Assembly (NCBI GenBank): GCA_965248925.1
Contig: CBDFLE010000005.1
Span: forward strand, 320,001 to 384,000
DNA length: 64,000 bases
Reading direction: 5' to 3'
Source: Candidatus Multivoradales bacterium
GTDB lineage: Bacteria; Acidobacteriota; Thermoanaerobaculia; Multivoradales; J023
The notes below the pieces were generated by a model. The model saw only the letters and a list, made by a program, of their open reading frames with translations, was not told the DNA's origin and ran no database searches. The translations under genes were made by a program, and so were the position numbers. Positions 59,726 through 64,000 of the stretch are shown in pieces. The stretch's first letter is position 1. Each line of letters starts with the position of its first letter.

Positions 59726-61043
59726 GAATCCGACCTATAAGACCACCGCCACCCCCACACGGGACAAGGATCAGAGCTTTGTCGAAAAGTCGCAGGCGGT
59801 GGTCGAGGGGATTGACATCTCTGGCCATTGGAACCGCATGTATGAGCCGCGGGAGATCCAGGACTACGATACGACCTTCCTCGACAAGCTGACCGATCTG
59901 CCCGGCGGCGAGTCGATGGGTTGGTGTTACCAATGCGCCCAATGCGTGCCCGCCTGCCCGGTCGACAACGTCGGCGGCGATTATGCGCCGCGCAAGATCT
60001 ACCGCCGCCTGCAGATGGGTAACGACATCTTCAATCATCGCGACCTGTGGCTGTGTACCACCTGCCAAAACTGCTTGCGGGTGTGTCCCAAAGAAGTCGA
60101 CATGATGCAGATCATGCCCGCCGCGCGGGCCCAGGCGGTGCTCGAGGGCAATGCCCCCGAAGAGCTGATGGAGATGTTCCAGAACGTTGCCGAATATGGC
60201 AACCCGATGGGCCAATCGCCACGCAAGCGAGCTCGCTGGACGCGCAAGGCCGACAGCCCAGTGCGGGTACTGCCCAAGGATCCGGCGCCGGTCGAGGTGT
60301 TGTGGTTCGTTGGCGATTACTATGCCTACCACGGCCGCGGAGTCGACGCCGCCAACGCCATGAGTCGGGTGTTCAACCGCCTGGGGGTCGATTTCGGCAT
60401 TCTCGGCGCCGACGAGCGCTCCGATGGCGATTCACAGCGCCTGGCCGGCGAGCCTGGGCTGTTCGCAGAACTGGCCGAGCACAACATGGCGCAGTTCAGG
60501 AAGTACGAGTTCGACAAGATCGTCGTCTCCGGCCCCCACGCCTACAACGCGATCAAGAACGAGTACCCGAAGCTCGGCGGCGAAGACTCAGACACCACCT
60601 TTCCGGTCGAGCACTACACCCAGTTCTTGAGTGCCCAGCTGGACGCTCTGAAGCCCTTGCTGAGCAAATCGTTCGATCGCAAGGTGACTTTCCACGATCC
60701 CTGCTACTTGGGTCGCCACAATGGAGAGTACGACGCCCCGCGCAATCTGCTGCAAGCAGTGCCAGGGCTCGAGTTCACCGAGATGTACCGCTGCAAGGCG
60801 CAGGGCTACTGCTGTGGTGGTGGCGGTGGCGGTATGTGGATGGATGGCTATGCTTCGCTGCATCAGGCCGAGAGGCTGTCCGAGAATCGGGTCAAAGAGG
60901 CGGTCGAAGTCGGTGCCGAGGTGTTGGCGGTGTGCTGCCCCTACGAAGTATCGCGTTTCGAAGACGCGGTCAAATCAACTGATAACGATGGCAAGCTCGA
61001 AGTTCTCGACATCATCGAGATCCTCGACCGGTGCATGGAGTAG
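59718..61043 (+). CDS. HdrD-like fused Fe-S/CCG protein (sHdrB3; C2-B2-type fusion)
   Basis: CYQCAQCVPACP, CTTCQNCLRVCP, HDPCYLGR, CCGGGGG, CCPYE; in-frame alternative starts from 59658. Confidence 0.88.
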   Translation: MPENPTYKTTATPTRDKDQSFVEKSQAVVEGIDISGHWNRMYEPREIQDYDTTFLDKLTDLPGGESMGWCYQCAQCVPACPVDNVGGDYAPRKIYRRLQMGNDIFNHRDLWLCTTCQNCLRVCPKEVDMMQIMPAARAQAVLEGNAPEELMEMFQNVAEYGNPMGQSPRKRARWTRKADSPVRVLPKDPAPVEVLWFVGDYYAYHGRGVDAANAMSRVFNRLGVDFGILGADERSDGDSQRLAGEPGLFAELAEHNMAQFRKYEFDKIVVSGPHAYNAIKNEYPKLGGEDSDTTFPVEHYTQFLSAQLDALKPLLSKSFDRKVTFHDPCYLGRHNGEYDAPRNLLQAVPGLEFTEMYRCKAQGYCCGGGGGGMWMDGYASLHQAERLSENRVKEAVEVGAEVLAVCCPYEVSRFEDAVKSTDNDGKLEVLDIIEILDRCME

Positions 61044-61052
61044 AGAAGCAGG

Positions 61053-61796
61053 ATGGATATTACGGTGCTCTTGAAGCGAGTTCCTGACCTGGTCGAAGAT
61101 CTCGAAGTCGACGCCAGTGGCAAGGCGCTCGACCCCGATTGCGTGAGCCTGAAGCTCAATGAATTCGACGACCACGCCCTCGAAGAGGCCTTGCTGCTCA
61201 AAGAGAGTGGCGGCGGCAGCGTCACCGCCGTGGCGATCGACGGCGAGGGGGTCGACAAGCTGCTCTTCACCGCCCTGGCCAAGGGGGCTGATCGGGCACT
61301 CAAGGTCACTGGCGCCGCCGACGGTGACTCCAATCTGGCCCTGGCCCGCCTGTTCAGCGAGGTCATCGGCGGTGCCCCCGCCGACCTGATCCTCACCGGC
61401 GTCCAGGCCGCGGACGACCGTGATGGCCAGCTCGGGCCGATGGTGGCGGCCATTCTTGACCGACCCTGCGTCGAGGTAGTCACCAGCGTTGCCGCTAGCG
61501 ACGGCATGGTGACAGTGCAGAAGGAGTATTCGGGGGGCATGATGGCCGAATTCGAGGTCGATCTGCCGGCGGTCCTCGGTATCCAAGCCGCCGCCCAGAC
61601 GCCACGTTACGCGCCGGTGTCCAAGGTGCGGCAGATTCAACAATCAGCCACCCTCGAAGTGGTCACGGCAAGCAGCGCCGATGGATCCGGCATGACCGTG
61701 GTGGCGATGACCCCGCCCGAGACTGGCGCCGGTGCGCAGATGCTCGGTGGAGTGGATGAACTGGTCGAAGTGCTAGCCAGCAAAGGAGTGATCTGA
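61053..61796 (+). CDS. etfB: Electron transfer flavoprotein beta subunit
   Basis: LLKRVPD, LNEFDDHALEEAL, ALAKGADRA, LILTGVQAAD..DGQLG, PRY. Confidence 0.95.
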   Translation: MDITVLLKRVPDLVEDLEVDASGKALDPDCVSLKLNEFDDHALEEALLLKESGGGSVTAVAIDGEGVDKLLFTALAKGADRALKVTGAADGDSNLALARLFSEVIGGAPADLILTGVQAADDRDGQLGPMVAAILDRPCVEVVTSVAASDGMVTVQKEYSGGMMAEFEVDLPAVLGIQAAAQTPRYAPVSKVRQIQQSATLEVVTASSADGSGMTVVAMTPPETGAGAQMLGGVDELVEVLASKGVI

Positions 61797-62755
61797 TGGC
61801 CAACGACGTGATGGTGGTGGCAGAACACCTGGGCGGCAAGCTGGCCGACGTGACTTTTGAGCTTTTGGCCACTGGCAAGGAGCTAGCCGGCCAGTTGGGC
61901 GGTTCCTTGATGGTCGCCCTGATCGGTGGCGACGACGTGATGGTGGGCGAACTCGGTGCCGCCGACCTGGTGCTATGTCTCGGAGCTAGCGAACTCGCCG
62001 ACTTCAATCCCGAGAGTCACGCTGTGGCGCTCGAAGCGGCGGTAGTGGCCAAAGCGCCGCGGGCGGTGCTGATCGGTTATACCTCGATGGGCATGGACCT
62101 GGCCTCGACCCTGGCGGTGCGCAGCGGTCGTGCCCACGCGGCATCCTGCGTGCGCATCGACGGCGGCGCGTCGATCACCGCCACCAGTCAGCTCTACGGC
62201 GGTAAGATCGATGTCACCAGTGATTTAGGCACTGATCCCTGTGTGCTGAGCCTGGTGGCGGGTGCCGCCTCGGCCGCTGCCGGACGGGTCGCGGGTAGTC
62301 CGTCGGTGGAGGAACTCGAAGCGCCAGATACCGCCGGTCGAGTGCGCTTCAAGCGCTTGATCGAGCCCGAAGCTGGCGATGTCGACATCACCACCAAAGA
62401 CGTGCTGGTGGCGATCGGTCGTGGCATCGGCTCGAAGGATGATATCGAAGTCGCCGAAGAACTGGCCGAAGCCCTCGATGCCGCCGTCGCCGCCTCGCGA
62501 CCGCTGATCGATTCCGGCTGGCTGCCCAAGAGCCGGCAGGTGGGGAAGTCGGGGCTCAAAGTGCAGCCCAAGGTCTACCTCGCTCTCGGTATCTCGGGTG
62601 CCCCGGAGCATCTCGAAGGGATGAAAGGCTCGGCCACCATCATTGCCGTCAACACCGACAAGAACGCGCCGATCTTCGGCGTCGCTCACTACGGCTTGGC
62701 CGCAGATTTGTTCGACGTCTGTGAAGAACTGACCGCAGCGATCGAGGATCGGTAG
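61796..62755 (+). CDS. etfA: Electron transfer flavoprotein alpha subunit
   Basis: GRGIG, AASRPLID.GW, QVGKSG..V.PK.Y.A.GISGAPEHL.GM, AVNTD.NAPIF. Confidence 0.96.
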   Translation: MANDVMVVAEHLGGKLADVTFELLATGKELAGQLGGSLMVALIGGDDVMVGELGAADLVLCLGASELADFNPESHAVALEAAVVAKAPRAVLIGYTSMGMDLASTLAVRSGRAHAASCVRIDGGASITATSQLYGGKIDVTSDLGTDPCVLSLVAGAASAAAGRVAGSPSVEELEAPDTAGRVRFKRLIEPEAGDVDITTKDVLVAIGRGIGSKDDIEVAEELAEALDAAVAASRPLIDSGWLPKSRQVGKSGLKVQPKVYLALGISGAPEHLEGMKGSATIIAVNTDKNAPIFGVAHYGLAADLFDVCEELTAAIEDR

Positions 62756-62760
62756 CTCCA

Positions 62761-64000
62761 GTGCTCAACTCAGCCGAACGCCTAATCTTCACTGCCCTGG
62801 TGCTGGTCTGTGGCGCATTGGCGGCACGAGGCTTCGCCCAACTGGTCAAGGTCGTCCGCCGGGGCCGCGAGGCAGAGCGGACTGACGGCTGGGTCGGCCG
62901 ATTCACCAAGGCGTTATTGGATATCGGCTTGCAGCGGCCCCTATTCAAGATTCGGCCGGTGGCGAGCGTCTTCCACGCCTTCATCTTCTTTGGCTTTAGC
63001 TTCTATGTACTGGTTAACGCCAATGACCTGTTAGAAGCCTACATCGACGGCTGGTCGACGATCGGCGGCGGTCCGTTGGCCAGCGTCTTCAACCTGGCCT
63101 CCGATCTGCTCAGCGTGCTAGTCCTCGTCGGCATGGTGTTTTTTCTTGTGCGCCGATTCTTGGTTAAGCCCAAGGTACTCGACTTCAATCGCAACGTGCT
63201 CCTGCACCCCAAGGTCAGCGCCGGTGGGGTCAAGCGTGATTCGCTGATCGTCGGCGTGTTCATCTTGCTGCACGTCGGCTCGCGCTGGCTGGGGACCGTC
63301 CTGCATCTGGCGGAGAATGGCCACGGTGATCCCTGGCTACCCACCGCCAGCGCCGCTTCGCACCTCTTTGCCGGCCTGACGCCCAGCACTCTCGACTTCG
63401 GCGTCCATCTCTGCTGGTGGTTGGCGATGGGCTTGATCGTGCTTTTCTTGCCCTACTTTCCGCGCAGCAAGCATCTGCACCTGATGGTGGCGCCAGTCAA
63501 TCTGGCGCTGGATCGGCGGACTCCGCGGGGCTTGCTTGATCCAGTTGCCGATGCCGCCGCACCGGGCGCCAAGACCCTCACTGACCTGTCCTGGCCGCAG
63601 CTGCTCGACAGCTACTCTTGCATCATGTGCAACCGTTGCCAGGAGGTCTGCCCGGCGCACACCGCCGGCACGCCCCTGTCACCGGCGGCGCTGGAGATCA
63701 ACAAACGCTTCACGATGAATGAGTGCGGCAAGGAGCTGGCGGCCGGCGCCGATGCCCCCGACTTGCTCGGTGTCGCTACCACCATCGATGCGGTGTGGTC
63801 TTGCACCACCTGTTACGCCTGCGTGCGGGTCTGCCCGGTGGGCAACGAGCCGATGATGGACCTTATGGACCTGCGGCGCGGCCTGGTGTTCGACGGCGCT
63901 GCCCCCGGCGAACTGGCCGAAGTTCTGCGCCACCTCGATGAGAAAGGCAACAGCTTCGGCGACTCGCCGCGCAAACGTGCCCGTTGGGCCAAGAAAGGGC
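62761..64000 (+). CDS. Membrane-bound Fe-S oxidoreductase (EMO/FadF/HdrF-like ETF:menaquinone oxidoreductase), partial
   Basis: Manual translation from GTG at 62761: TM domain with FHAFIFFGF and PYFPRSKHLH, then CIMCNRCQEVCP and WSCTTCYACVRVCP; runs off the window. Confidence 0.9.
   Translation, partial: MLNSAERLIFTALVLVCGALAARGFAQLVKVVRRGREAERTDGWVGRFTKALLDIGLQRPLFKIRPVASVFHAFIFFGFSFYVLVNANDLLEAYIDGWSTIGGGPLASVFNLASDLLSVLVLVGMVFFLVRRFLVKPKVLDFNRNVLLHPKVSAGGVKRDSLIVGVFILLHVGSRWLGTVLHLAENGHGDPWLPTASAASHLFAGLTPSTLDFGVHLCWWLAMGLIVLFLPYFPRSKHLHLMVAPVNLALDRRTPRGLLDPVADAAAPGAKTLTDLSWPQLLDSYSCIMCNRCQEVCPAHTAGTPLSPAALEINKRFTMNECGKELAAGADAPDLLGVATTIDAVWSCTTCYACVRVCPVGNEPMMDLMDLRRGLVFDGAAPGELAEVLRHLDEKGNSFGDSPRKRARWAKKG

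Noticed and set aside
55843-61043. Methanogen-type HdrABC
   Set aside because: Short HdrA, sHdrB1-type motifs, shdrH, LbpA and TusA/DsrE context, with no mvhD or flx genes in view, fit the sHdr type.

Overview
GC-rich bacterial chromosomal window. The gene repertoire (ECF sigma/Ser-Thr kinase pair, 'WTLPS...LRALGYI' sulfatase-like lipoprotein, large secreted Ig-repeat protein) suggests Acidobacteriota, possibly Thermoanaerobaculia; this is an inference only. Bases 1-16.6 kb are mostly housekeeping genes (rocD, secA, M23 peptidase, UvrD) plus one large, poorly classified IS. Bases 16.8-46.5 kb are an accessory zone with three more IS elements (IS1111-type remnant, IS4, IS3) and at least six broken genes: TauD/VioC-like, Met/Cys PLP lyase, G8/CEMIP-like, S8 peptidase, GH113 and an alpha/beta-hydrolase with a coiled-coil insert. 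The highlight is an apparently intact sulfur-metabolism island at 46.5-64 kb. On the plus strand it reads tusA-dsrE2-lplA(degenerate)-dsrE-lbpA-trx-shdrC1-B1-A-H-B3-etfB-etfA-emo, the ETF-coupled 'type II' sHdr arrangement. Transcribed divergently from it are an ArsR regulator, a FadL-like outer-membrane channel, a fused Fe-S/NrfD protein and a Tat-less molybdopterin oxidoreductase. No rRNA, tRNA or CRISPR array was seen.
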